DNA of 27,303 nt, from the NCBI GenBank assembly GCA_031367385.1, contig JANLPS010000255.1, forward strand, positions 1 to 27,303. The letters are read 5' to 3'. Position numbers and translations under genes: made by a program. This stretch comes from Archangium sp. GTDB taxonomy: Bacteria > Myxococcota > Myxococcia > Myxococcales > Myxococcaceae. The notes beneath the pieces are model-generated. The model saw nothing but the letters and a program-made list of their open reading frames with translations. It was not told the DNA's origin and ran no database searches. Positions 16,735 to 25,242 of this stretch are shown here, piece by piece. Positions within the stretch are counted from its first letter, which is position 1. Each line of letters starts with the position of its first letter.

Positions 16735-17886
16735 ATGAAGTCGATACTCGCGGCGGTCGTGGTCGGGCTCGTGGTGATGGCCCTCTGGTGGTGGCTCGAG
16801 CCCAGTGCGGTGGTGACCTTGCCCCCGGTGCCCGAGACACCTCGGTCAGCAGGCCTGGCAGCCGCCGTGCCGAGTGAGGCGCCGCCTGTGATTCACGGTG
16901 CAGCCAGTGAACCCATCGATGCGTCGGTGGTCACCGAAGCCGAGGTCGACGACGACGGCTACACCGGCCCAGTGAACAAGGTCAGCGACGAAGAGATTCA
17001 ACAGACGCTCGCGCTGAACGCGGCATTTGCTCGAGCCAATGTCGGGCGCTTCTGCGAGCTCGCAGAACGACTTGCCAGCGACCCGCTCTTCAAGCCCCTG
17101 CAAGGCTCACGTGATGCGACGCGTGACTTGACCCGGCTCTTCGGCGTCACCGAAGAGGAGCGCCGGGTGCGACTGCCGATCGAGGTACGCCAGTCGTTGA
17201 TGGCGGGCACGGGGCTCGAGCTCACCGCCGAACAGCTGAGCCAAATCGACTTCGGGTGGATGCGACACATGCGCGACTTCGATCGAATCACCGGCCAGAT
17301 GGAGGGACCGATGGCGTGGGGCGATGTGGTGTATTCGCCGGCCTCGAAATTTCCCTACTACTTCGTGAGGTTGCGCATTCTGCGTGCGGCGAAGGTTCAC
17401 GACTGGGAAGACGCCGCGAGAGACATCGAAGCGTTCGCCGGCCTGCTGCACTCGACGAGCTCGCCGCACGCAGAGGCGGAGGCGGCACGCGTGATGGAGC
17501 TCGAGCTCGAAACCATTGCCTTGCTGCGAGAGAACGGCGCCGCGGTGCCCAGCCTGCCGCTGCCCAGCATTGAGAAGGTGCGGTTGCACGCCGCGTTGGG
17601 TCATGACGCGTTTCGCTTTGTAGCGCCTGGCGTTGACGTGGCCGTGCAGCAGCAAGCCTTCGACTGCGCGAAACGTGCGGGTTTCGAGTGCGCGACGGCG
17701 CTCGAGTCGGTGGCCATGTCGAACAATCTGCGGCGAGTGATCGAGACCACCCCACCGGCCTTCGATCGCTCGCGCTGCAACGAATACAGATTCAAAGTAC
17801 TCGGCCGCACCGTTGACTACTGGGGTGCCGCTGGCGAGAACGCGCGGCTGCGAGAGGGCTCGCCCCTCTTCGGCGAATTGCGATAG
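16735..17886 (+). CDS. Membrane-anchored/secreted hypothetical protein
   Basis: GGAGG before the ATG; N-terminal TM (MKSILAAVVVGLVVMALWWWL), Pro/Ala/acidic linker, and a helical domain with 4 Cys. Confidence 0.75.
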   Translation: MKSILAAVVVGLVVMALWWWLEPSAVVTLPPVPETPRSAGLAAAVPSEAPPVIHGAASEPIDASVVTEAEVDDDGYTGPVNKVSDEEIQQTLALNAAFARANVGRFCELAERLASDPLFKPLQGSRDATRDLTRLFGVTEEERRVRLPIEVRQSLMAGTGLELTAEQLSQIDFGWMRHMRDFDRITGQMEGPMAWGDVVYSPASKFPYYFVRLRILRAAKVHDWEDAARDIEAFAGLLHSTSSPHAEAEAARVMELELETIALLRENGAAVPSLPLPSIEKVRLHAALGHDAFRFVAPGVDVAVQQQAFDCAKRAGFECATALESVAMSNNLRRVIETTPPAFDRSRCNEYRFKVLGRTVDYWGAAGENARLREGSPLFGELR

Positions 17887-17890
17887 CGCG

Positions 17891-18790
17891 CTACTTGAAA
17901 CGAGGGTGATCTTTGCTGCTCATTTCTCCGCGAAATTTCTGAAATTCTTTCGGGTCGAGGTCGAGCACGATGTCGGGCCGCAGCGACGCCAGCTTCATCG
18001 AGGCCTTTCTGTGCAAATCAAGCAAGTCGTCAAAGATGGCTTGGCTGGTCGGCAGCGTAATTTGGGGGTCGTTGCGTTCGAAATAGAGCCAATGAGGGTT
18101 GGCTGGCGTCTTGGGCAGCGCCCCCCACGCGTCTTTGGTCTTCTGCTCGAACGTTCGCAAGTCGAGCCGCATGGCAACCGCGAGGGCCGAGCGATCGAGG
18201 GCGGGGTATTCGCGAACCGGGCCGATGCGCTCGAAGGTCAGGGTCGCAGCGTACAGGTCGGCGGCGTCAGGGTGCACCGCCATGACCAGGTCATCGACGC
18301 CCAGCAACTTCCACGCGGTGAGAAACATCGTCTTGTAGAGCAGAAAAGACATGCCGTTGCCGCGGCGGCCCGGGGTGATGCAGAGCGCTCCGACCTCGGC
18401 GGCCGCACGACCTTGATCACGCAACGCCTGAATCTCGTCGCCGTAGATCTTCTGCATCGGTAAGCCGACTGGGCCGTCTTTGACCAGCGAGAGGGTGCCG
18501 GCGACCTGGCCCGACTCGAGGGCCACGAAGACGATGGTCGAGGGCAGGGCCAGGTAGTGCGTCATTCGTATGCGCGACTCGTGGGGTGCCATGATGCCGC
18601 GATTGACGTAGCCGTCATGCACGAGGGTCATCGCCGCGACGTACTCATCGATGGTGCTCGCGATGCGAACCGCGTCAACGCGCCGAAGCTCGTCGTCGTT
18701 GAGCTTCATGCCATTGCGAATGATGTTGAAGCGAACGGGCCGCGGCATCAATCGAAGCGCGAGTTGGGTCAGGCGTCGTGAGAGCTTCAT
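17891..18790 (-). CDS. N-acyl amino acid synthase, FeeM-type (GNAT/AHL-synthase-like fold)
   Basis: RIA.T..E..AA..LVHDGY..RG, TIVFVA, GTLSLVKDGPVGLPMQKIY..EI..LR, AEVGAL and LVMAVHP, all as in FeeM/NasY-type enzymes. Confidence 0.85.
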   Translation of the reverse strand: MKLSRRLTQLALRLMPRPVRFNIIRNGMKLNDDELRRVDAVRIASTIDEYVAAMTLVHDGYVNRGIMAPHESRIRMTHYLALPSTIVFVALESGQVAGTLSLVKDGPVGLPMQKIYGDEIQALRDQGRAAAEVGALCITPGRRGNGMSFLLYKTMFLTAWKLLGVDDLVMAVHPDAADLYAATLTFERIGPVREYPALDRSALAVAMRLDLRTFEQKTKDAWGALPKTPANPHWLYFERNDPQITLPTSQAIFDDLLDLHRKASMKLASLRPDIVLDLDPKEFQKFRGEMSSKDHPRFK

Positions 18791-18803
18791 TTCGGCTCGC
18801 TGC

Positions 18804-18812
18804 GTTATAGCA
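18804..18812 (-). promoter_or_regulatory. Extended -10 element upstream of the N-acyl amino acid synthase
   Basis: Minus strand TG-C-TATAAC, 13 nt before the ATG; no SD. Confidence 0.45.
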
Positions 18813-18832
18813 AGACCCGCTCGACCCCTGCT

Positions 18833-19771
18833 TCAAAACCTGGCACAGACACCGAGGGCCGCGCCGCCCTCGAAGCGCCAGGTCTGGAGCGCGGTGATCG
18901 ATTGATCGACCTTCTGAATTTGGTACCGGGTGTCACGCAGGGCGATGTCGCCCCACCCTTCGAGCACCAGGTCGAGCGGCCCGACGAGCCGCAACGCCAA
19001 CGTCGTACCGACGAGTGCGACCACGCCCACATCGGTGCCTGGCGGCGTGGGGTCGACGCCCTCGGCGATCGCCCGAGGCGTGACCCGAACGAAGCGCATG
19101 GCGAACCCCACGCGTGGGCGCAGCGTGAGCCGGCCGAGGTGCAGGGCCCAGTCGACGCCCAGGCCAACCTCGTTGCGCTGAAAGTCGACGCGAACCAGCT
19201 CGTCGGTGAAGGTCGTGGGCAGCTCGAACCGACCCCACCCCGTGAGAGAAAAGGGCGCGCTGAACACCCAAGACGCCTCGACCACCGGCCCTTGGGCCCA
19301 CGGCACGGCGGCAGCCCACTTGGTGGCGTGCCAGAGGGCCGAGAGCCGAAACCGCTCGTCGTGCAACACACTGCTCGGCGGCTCGGCGTCTTGCTCGACG
19401 AAGCTCGCCACCGCGCTGCGCACCATCAACGCGGCCGCCTCCCGACCTCCGCTGTCGATGACGAGGTCGCGTTGTACGTGCCGGCCGGTCCACACGTCGG
19501 CGACATGAACTCGCCACGGCACCGTCTCGACCCAGATGGCCACCCGGGTGCGCTTGCCGAAAAGCAACCGGCGAACCTGCCGGAGCTGCCCGGCTTCGGT
19601 GCTTTCCCATGGCTCGGTTTCGCGAACGGTCTCGAGCACGACCTCGAGGTCGGTCAATTGGGCGGTGATGGCCGCGGTGAGCTGGGCGTCTGAGTTCGAC
19701 CCGAAGAGCGTGACCTCGACCGGCCCGTTCGAGGCAGACAAGCACGTGAGGAGCAACACGGCGGCAGTCAT
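18833..19771 (-). CDS. Exported protein with periplasmic N-domain and probable small C-terminal outer-membrane beta-barrel
   Basis: ATG overlaps the upstream stop (ATGA). The C-terminal ~160 aa show alternating amphipathic strands (EVGLGVDWAL, LTLRPRVGFAMRFVRV, LDLVLEGWGDIAL) and the protein ends in Phe. Confidence 0.7.
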   Translation of the reverse strand: MTAAVLLLTCLSASNGPVEVTLFGSNSDAQLTAAITAQLTDLEVVLETVRETEPWESTEAGQLRQVRRLLFGKRTRVAIWVETVPWRVHVADVWTGRHVQRDLVIDSGGREAAALMVRSAVASFVEQDAEPPSSVLHDERFRLSALWHATKWAAAVPWAQGPVVEASWVFSAPFSLTGWGRFELPTTFTDELVRVDFQRNEVGLGVDWALHLGRLTLRPRVGFAMRFVRVTPRAIAEGVDPTPPGTDVGVVALVGTTLALRLVGPLDLVLEGWGDIALRDTRYQIQKVDQSITALQTWRFEGGAALGVCARF

Positions 19772-21084
19772 GGCGAGCTCGGAATGGGGAAGGTCGGGCT
19801 GAAGGGCCCAGTGTTGCCGTTGGTGGTTTCGGTGAACAGGGTGCCAGCCTCGAGGCCGAAGGCCAGCGCCTGAGACGCCAGGCTCCAGGCCGAAGCGGGG
19901 GTGCAGGTGACAGAGCTGACGGGGGCCCACGTCGAGCCTGAGCGGGTGTACACCTCGACGGTGCCATCGGTGGGGCAGGCGCCGGTGACCGAGCCCAGGC
20001 CAGCGTCGGCGATTGGTGCGGTGAGCCCATTGCTGGTGAACGAGCCGACGATGACGTTTTGAAAGAACGAATTGCCCCCGCTCGTGAAGTTGTTCACGCT
20101 GCCCTCGAAGTGATTGAGCGGGCCGATTCGCCAGCCCGAGCCGCTCACCGTGACGTACGGCGCTCCGTTGCCGACCTGAAGCAGGGTATTCGAGGCGACC
20201 GTGCCTCCTTCGGTGCCGGTCAACTGCAGCGCCGCGTTGCCGACATTGTTGGTGAAGCGCGCGCCGGTGAAGAGCGTGACAGCGACCCTGAGATCGAGGC
20301 CCCGCATCGTCGTGGGCTCGAGGCCAAAATAGTTGCCATCGATGACCACCTGGGTGGGGTTCGCGCCGAAGTAGAAGTCGAGGCGCACGCCGTAGGTGCC
20401 GTGGCCAAACACGTTCCACGGGCCGATGACCGACCCGTTGGTCACCTGGAGCGCCTGGTACGCGATCATCAGTCGATTGCCGGCGACCAGCGCCTCGGAG
20501 ACGCCGATCTTCCCCATGTTGCCCTTGAGCACGAGGCCGGTGAGCTGGGAGCCGCTGCCGAGCGCCCACGAGCAGAAGTGGGCGCATCGGTCGGTGAAAG
20601 CGAACTCGACGATCACCCCACGGCCGCGCCCGTCGATGCAGGTGTCGACGAGCACCCCGCCGGGGTACGGCAGCGCGTCATCGGTGACGTGAATGGTGGT
20701 CGCCGCCCCGGGGGGAAACACCGCAGGGTCGAAGGTCACCAAGTGCGGGCCCGGGGTGTTGGTCGCGAGAAACAAGGCTTCTCGCAGCGAAAGGGTGGTG
20801 CCCGCGGCGGCTCGGTCGTTCAAGCCCGGGCCGCCTTCGAGCAGATCGTCGAGGGTGTCGACCACCAACACGCCTCCGTCGGTGCACCTTCGAATGGGCA
20901 GCGCGTCAGCGAACACGCCCCACTGCCGCTCGAGCGCGAGCTCTTCGAGGCCGCCCGCATCAGCGACCTCGCCGCCGTCGACGCCGCCACCGCTGATGGC
21001 GACGACGCGATCGACGGTGCAGTGGCAGCTCAGAGCCCAGAACGCCAAGGCGCAACCCCACAGCACCCCGCGGGGTGTGGTCAA
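19768..21084 (-). CDS. CSLREA-type surface lipoprotein with parallel beta-helix region
   Basis: TTG start overlapping the upstream TGA; signal peptide ending ALSC; VVDTLDD...TLSLREALFLA...VTFD; Asn/Gly-rich beta-helix turns (IDGNYFG, FTNN, FFQN); C-terminal VEVY...GNTGPFS Ig-like segment. Confidence 0.75.
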   Translation of the reverse strand: MTTPRGVLWGCALAFWALSCHCTVDRVVAISGGGVDGGEVADAGGLEELALERQWGVFADALPIRRCTDGGVLVVDTLDDLLEGGPGLNDRAAAGTTLSLREALFLATNTPGPHLVTFDPAVFPPGAATTIHVTDDALPYPGGVLVDTCIDGRGRGVIVEFAFTDRCAHFCSWALGSGSQLTGLVLKGNMGKIGVSEALVAGNRLMIAYQALQVTNGSVIGPWNVFGHGTYGVRLDFYFGANPTQVVIDGNYFGLEPTTMRGLDLRVAVTLFTGARFTNNVGNAALQLTGTEGGTVASNTLLQVGNGAPYVTVSGSGWRIGPLNHFEGSVNNFTSGGNSFFQNVIVGSFTSNGLTAPIADAGLGSVTGACPTDGTVEVYTRSGSTWAPVSSVTCTPASAWSLASQALAFGLEAGTLFTETTNGNTGPFSPTFPIPSSP

Positions 21085-22712
21085 TGAGGCGTCGCAGGTT
21101 GAAGCGCGGCCCTGCGAAGCACCAGGCGTGGCGCGTTGAAGTCGTTGGGCCATCGGGCGAGAAACGAATCTATCGCTGCGAGCTCATTCGCGCTCTGGCC
21201 AAGACGCGCAAAGGCGCGAATCTGACACAGCTCGGCCTCGGCCAGGAGCGCACCGGAGGGGTTGCGCTGAATGTAGGTCTCGCACTGCGCCTGCCCCTGC
21301 CCCGGCGCTCCGAGCTGATCGACCTGCAGCTGGCCCAGCGAGAGCCGAGCAACCTCGGCGGCGGCGCTCATCGGGTGCCGCTCGATGATCGCCGAGTAGG
21401 CGCGGGCCGCGAGGCGCCAGTCTTTCTGGGTGCGGGCCTCCTGGGCCTGCTGGAGCAGCTGCTCGGTGGTTTCGGCCGGCGAGGTGTCGACCGGAGCGAC
21501 CGACGGCTCGGGTGAGCCTGTGCCGCCCGCGTTCGTTACCGAAGCCGGCGGCTGAACCTGCCCGCGCGCTACTTTCTCAGGCGCGGGGGGCGGGCGGTCG
21601 GTGATGACGCTCTCGCGGCCACTGACAACCACGAGGGTCGAGCGCGTCGCCCGGCCGCGCGGGTCGAGGCGGCTGACCGAGTGGGGGCCCAAGGCCAGCA
21701 TCAGCTTCACCGGTGCGGCACCGACCGAGACCGAGTCGACGGTGACCTCTTTGCCCGAGAGCACCGAGAGCCCGCCTGCTCCTGCGCTGACCAGTTGCTC
21801 GTGAGCCAAGCTCTCGCGAGCGCTCGAAAGCTCGCTCTTCGAAGCCATCGACGGTCGGGCCGCGCCCAACGACAGCGCAAACCCAGCGCTGACCCTGCTC
21901 TGGTGGCCGCCCGCGTCGACCTGAACGGTGCCCTCGACGACGACCAGCCGGGTCTTGGCCTTGGCGGTGTCGAGCGCGAACGCGGTGCCGATCACCTTCA
22001 CCTGGCCGTGCGGGGTGCGCACGCTCAAGTCGATGCCCTGGCCGTGCGGCACGTGCACGTCGAGGTGCCCAGCGCGCAGGTCGAGCACCAGGTCGTGATC
22101 TGTGAGCTTTGCGAAGGTGAAGTCGGTGCCGGGCCGCGCCCGCACCCAAGCCTGGCCCGGCACGGCGAGGCCCAGCGTGGCGGCGCCCGTTTGCACAACC
22201 GTGCCCTGGGCGATTTCGAGACCGGGCGAACGCTCGTCGCGGCCCGAGACCGAGAGCACCCGCGCCAGCATCGGCGCCACCGAGGGCATTGGCGGCGCGG
22301 GCTCAGGTGGGGTGACCGGCGCGACCCGAGGCACGGTCGGGGCGACGGCCACCTGGGGTCGAGGCGGCGGCGGCCCCTGCCGCAGGTACAACAGGGCCCC
22401 AGCCAGCACGAGAAGGCCCGCGGCCATTGCCGCAACGCCGCGCCCCCACCGCCGCGGTGTTGCTGCCCCAAGCTCGCCCTCAGCCGTCTGGGCCCCCCGC
22501 AAGACCGCGTCGACGGTGCGGCGTTGCGCCAGCGCATCGAGCGGAAAATGGTCATCATCGTTCGGCCGCAGGGCGATGGCCGCCAGCGCGCGCTCGAGCT
22601 CGCGGCAGTCGGCACACCCGGCCAGATGCGCTGAGACGAAGTCGGCGCTGGCCTGATCGCTCGGGCCGCCGGCGTCGACGAGTGCCTCATATCGTTCGCA
22701 GTCGGGGCTCAT
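21081..22712 (-). CDS. Anti-sigma factor: ZAS zinc finger, TM, FecR domain, PEGA-like segment and C-terminal TPR
   Basis: C...HLAGCADC; TM; FecR motifs VRTPHGQVKVIGTAF and TRLVVVEGTVQV; TPR AARAYSAIIERHP...YIQRNPSG. Overlaps the sigma gene stop (ATGA). Confidence 0.88.
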   Translation of the reverse strand: MSPDCERYEALVDAGGPSDQASADFVSAHLAGCADCRELERALAAIALRPNDDDHFPLDALAQRRTVDAVLRGAQTAEGELGAATPRRWGRGVAAMAAGLLVLAGALLYLRQGPPPPRPQVAVAPTVPRVAPVTPPEPAPPMPSVAPMLARVLSVSGRDERSPGLEIAQGTVVQTGAATLGLAVPGQAWVRARPGTDFTFAKLTDHDLVLDLRAGHLDVHVPHGQGIDLSVRTPHGQVKVIGTAFALDTAKAKTRLVVVEGTVQVDAGGHQSRVSAGFALSLGAARPSMASKSELSSARESLAHEQLVSAGAGGLSVLSGKEVTVDSVSVGAAPVKLMLALGPHSVSRLDPRGRATRSTLVVVSGRESVITDRPPPAPEKVARGQVQPPASVTNAGGTGSPEPSVAPVDTSPAETTEQLLQQAQEARTQKDWRLAARAYSAIIERHPMSAAAEVARLSLGQLQVDQLGAPGQGQAQCETYIQRNPSGALLAEAELCQIRAFARLGQSANELAAIDSFLARWPNDFNAPRLVLRRAALQPATPH

Positions 22713-23290
22713 CGGTCGCCTCCCTCAGTCGAATCTGGGGCGCTCAACCACGCGCGCAGCTCGGCGCGAGCGACCCTCAGGCGGTCACGAACGGTGTTGA
22801 CCTTGGTGTTGGTGGCGACGGCGATCTCTTCGACCGAGTAGCCGTGTACGTGCTTGAGCACCATCGCCTCGCGGCGCTCCTCGGGCAGCCGCGCCAGCAC
22901 CAGCGCCATCGCGCTGCGTTGATCAGAAGCCTCGGCAGGCGCCTGGCTCTCGCGCGACCACTCGGGGTACTCCGGCATCACCTCGACAGCCTGCTCGCGG
23001 GCCTCGGCGGTGCGGCGCTGCTTGATCAGCCGCATCACGGTGCGGGTGGTGATGCTTGCGGCCCACGACTCGAGGGGGCTCTCGCCGCGGTAGGTCGAGC
23101 ACGAGCCCAAGACTTCAATCAGCGCCCGCTGGGTCATGTCGTCGACGTCGGGGCTACGTGCCGCGAGATACATGACCGTGCTCCTCACCCGCCCCAGGAG
23201 GCGGCCCACCAGCTCGCGCCGGGCGCGCTCGTCGAAGCGAGCCGCAGCGGCCACCAGCTTGGCGTCCTCCTCGTGCACCCGTGGGCTCAA
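22709..23290 (-). CDS. ECF RNA polymerase sigma factor
   Basis: DVDDMTQRALIEVL, YRGESPLESW (region 2); LPEERREAMVLKHVHGYSVEEIA...NTVRDRLRVAR (region 4). Confidence 0.93.
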   Translation of the reverse strand: MSPRVHEEDAKLVAAAARFDERARRELVGRLLGRVRSTVMYLAARSPDVDDMTQRALIEVLGSCSTYRGESPLESWAASITTRTVMRLIKQRRTAEAREQAVEVMPEYPEWSRESQAPAEASDQRSAMALVLARLPEERREAMVLKHVHGYSVEEIAVATNTKVNTVRDRLRVARAELRAWLSAPDSTEGGDR

Positions 23291-23323
23291 TAGTTGACGC
23301 TCGGAGCGGTTGCGAGGGGCGAA

Positions 23324-24523
23324 TCATGCCGCGATTCTCTTGCCGACGACGCCGTCGAACCACGACCGAAACCGCGTGGGCGCGAGGCTCGCCGAGAAAC
23401 GGGGCTGCAACGCTCGTGCGCTGTGGGTGTAGCGGGGGTTCTCCATCAGCTCCTTGAGGGCTGCACCGACGCGTGAGGCGTTGGCTTGCGACGCTGGCAA
23501 GACGAGCCCTGCGCCGGCCGCGACCAACGGCTGGCAGGCGAGAAACTGATCCATGTTCGAGCAGATGCCCAAGAAGGGGCGACCGGCGGCGATGGCCTGC
23601 GCGGTCGAACAGCTGCCGCCGTTGCAGACCACCAGACGCGATCGCTTCGCCGCCTGGTAGCCGGGAATGTAGGGGGCGGTGAGCACGCCGTCGGGGGCCG
23701 AGCCGCGCTCGGCAGTCGCCAACATGACGCGCAACCCGAGCGCGCGCATCGTCTCGATCATGGTGCGCTTCATCAACTGGCCCGCGCCCGTCGACCCCAC
23801 GGTCAGCAGCGCCAGGTCGTCGGCCGGAGCCATCGCCTCGAGCCACGACGGCGACGGGGTGGGCGGCTCCCACACGATGGGCGCCAGAAAGGTCGAGCGC
23901 TTCAACGAAGGGTAGAAGCCGGCGTCGTCGACGAAGAGCAGGTCATCGGCGTCTTGGTAGCCCTCGCGCATGTCGGTGAACGGGGTGAAGCCGTGGCGCC
24001 GGCGCATCGCGTTGAGCGGCTCGACGTGCTGGCGAAAGAAGAAGCCGGTCAGTTTGCGAAACACGGGCTCCGAGATGCTGCGAGGCATCAGCGACATCAC
24101 CGGGTGCTCGGGCATCGGGTAGGTCGACAGCGGGAGCGAGGGGCTCCAGTGGGCGTTGCTGAGCATGGCGAAGCGCACTCCGGCCAGCCGCGCGCTCACC
24201 TGCAACGAGAAGCGCAGGTCGCCCACGATCAGGTCGGGCTGCACCTTCTCGATCAAGCGCAGGTCTTCGTCGACGTCGGCCAACAAGGTCGCCTCATCGA
24301 AGAGCGGCTTGCCCACCGCCATGCGGGCGACGAAGGTGTCGGGGGTCATCGTCTCGGCAAGCTCATGCTGGGTCGCGTGCGGCAGCCCGACGAAGCGAGC
24401 CATGCGGGCGGTGCGAGCGAAGTGCACCTCGGCGTCGGGCAGCGCGGCCGCCAGCGCGGCGGGCCGGGCAACGTGGGCCAAAGACACACCTTGCGACATC
24501 ATCAGCACCCGAAAAGAAGACAT
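23324..24523 (-). CDS. GT-B (GT1-like) glycosyltransferase resembling mycobacterial PGL/pHBAD glycosyltransferases
   Basis: GVSLAHVARP, PDLIVGDLRFSLQVSARLAG...NAHWSP, TVGSTG, VVCNGGS and NMDQ motifs. GGAGGT RBS before ATG 24523. Confidence 0.88.
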   Translation of the reverse strand: MSSFRVLMMSQGVSLAHVARPAALAAALPDAEVHFARTARMARFVGLPHATQHELAETMTPDTFVARMAVGKPLFDEATLLADVDEDLRLIEKVQPDLIVGDLRFSLQVSARLAGVRFAMLSNAHWSPSLPLSTYPMPEHPVMSLMPRSISEPVFRKLTGFFFRQHVEPLNAMRRRHGFTPFTDMREGYQDADDLLFVDDAGFYPSLKRSTFLAPIVWEPPTPSPSWLEAMAPADDLALLTVGSTGAGQLMKRTMIETMRALGLRVMLATAERGSAPDGVLTAPYIPGYQAAKRSRLVVCNGGSCSTAQAIAAGRPFLGICSNMDQFLACQPLVAAGAGLVLPASQANASRVGAALKELMENPRYTHSARALQPRFSASLAPTRFRSWFDGVVGKRIAA

Positions 24524-24682
24524 GGTTGCGACCTCCACCGCTCCAGTGGTCGCGAGTCGCCCAAACAGACGGGAGCCAAATTCAGTCAATGAAGCGAGGG
24601 GGTTACGCGGCTCGATTCGCCGCCGTCCATTTCAGCCGGCCGGCGCCACTGAGCATGCGAACCCCCTCCTTGGAGTATTTGA

Positions 24683-25228
24683 ATGCGTGAAGACTCGAAC
24701 CAGTCGCTGCTCAAAGTGTCGGTCGCGACGCTCATCGAAGAAGCGAAGGCGATGAGCGCCGAGACCTTCGTCGAGCGCTACGGGGCGACGGCGCTGCTCT
24801 CGCGGCCCTCAGACGAGCAGATGAAACGAGCGGCGCTGCAGTTGACCATGGCCTCGACGGCGGTGAGCGCCCAGGCGAACGAGTACCTCGACGACTTGCT
24901 GATCATGCTGCGTGGGTTTCGCAGCCTGGCGGCGTTCTTCTTGAGGCCGTCGAGCGCCGGGCAGATCTTCACCGTGGGGCGCGAGGCGTCGTGCGACGCG
25001 ACCATCGATGACCCGTCTGTCTCGAAGCTCCACGCCTCCCTGACGTGGACGGGCCAGACCTGGCGTATTCGAGACGAGCGATCGCTCAACGGCACTTACG
25101 TGAACGCAGACGAGCTGGTGCGGCATGAAGGCGAGCTGACCAACGGCGATGCGGTCGCCTTGGGTGACTGCCAGTTGGTCTTCATTCAGACCCGCACGTT
25201 GCGCTCGCAGTTGCTGGCGATGAGCTGA
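24683..25228 (+). CDS. FHA domain protein
   Basis: FHA motifs VGRE, VSKLHA, D..SLNGTYVN and L.NGD.V.LG in the C-terminal half. Confidence 0.9.
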   Translation: MREDSNQSLLKVSVATLIEEAKAMSAETFVERYGATALLSRPSDEQMKRAALQLTMASTAVSAQANEYLDDLLIMLRGFRSLAAFFLRPSSAGQIFTVGREASCDATIDDPSVSKLHASLTWTGQTWRIRDERSLNGTYVNADELVRHEGELTNGDAVALGDCQLVFIQTRTLRSQLLAMS

Positions 25229-25242
25229 AGGCCCCCGCTGCG

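Noticed and set aside
18716..18790. Tat signal on the N-acyl amino acid synthase (SRRL)
   Set aside because: No hydrophobic h-region follows, and FeeM-type enzymes need cytoplasmic acyl-ACP.
19772..20587. 584-aa version of the barrel protein, or a frameshift fusion with the CSLREA gene
   Set aside because: The extension is an Arg-rich off-frame reading of the CSLREA gene; an ATGA overlap at 19768-19771 gives a clean start.
18791..23323. ECF cassette as a mobile element inserted between the GT and NAS
   Set aside because: No transposase or integrase, and no direct or inverted terminal repeats seen at either junction. An ancient insertion cannot be excluded but is unsupported.
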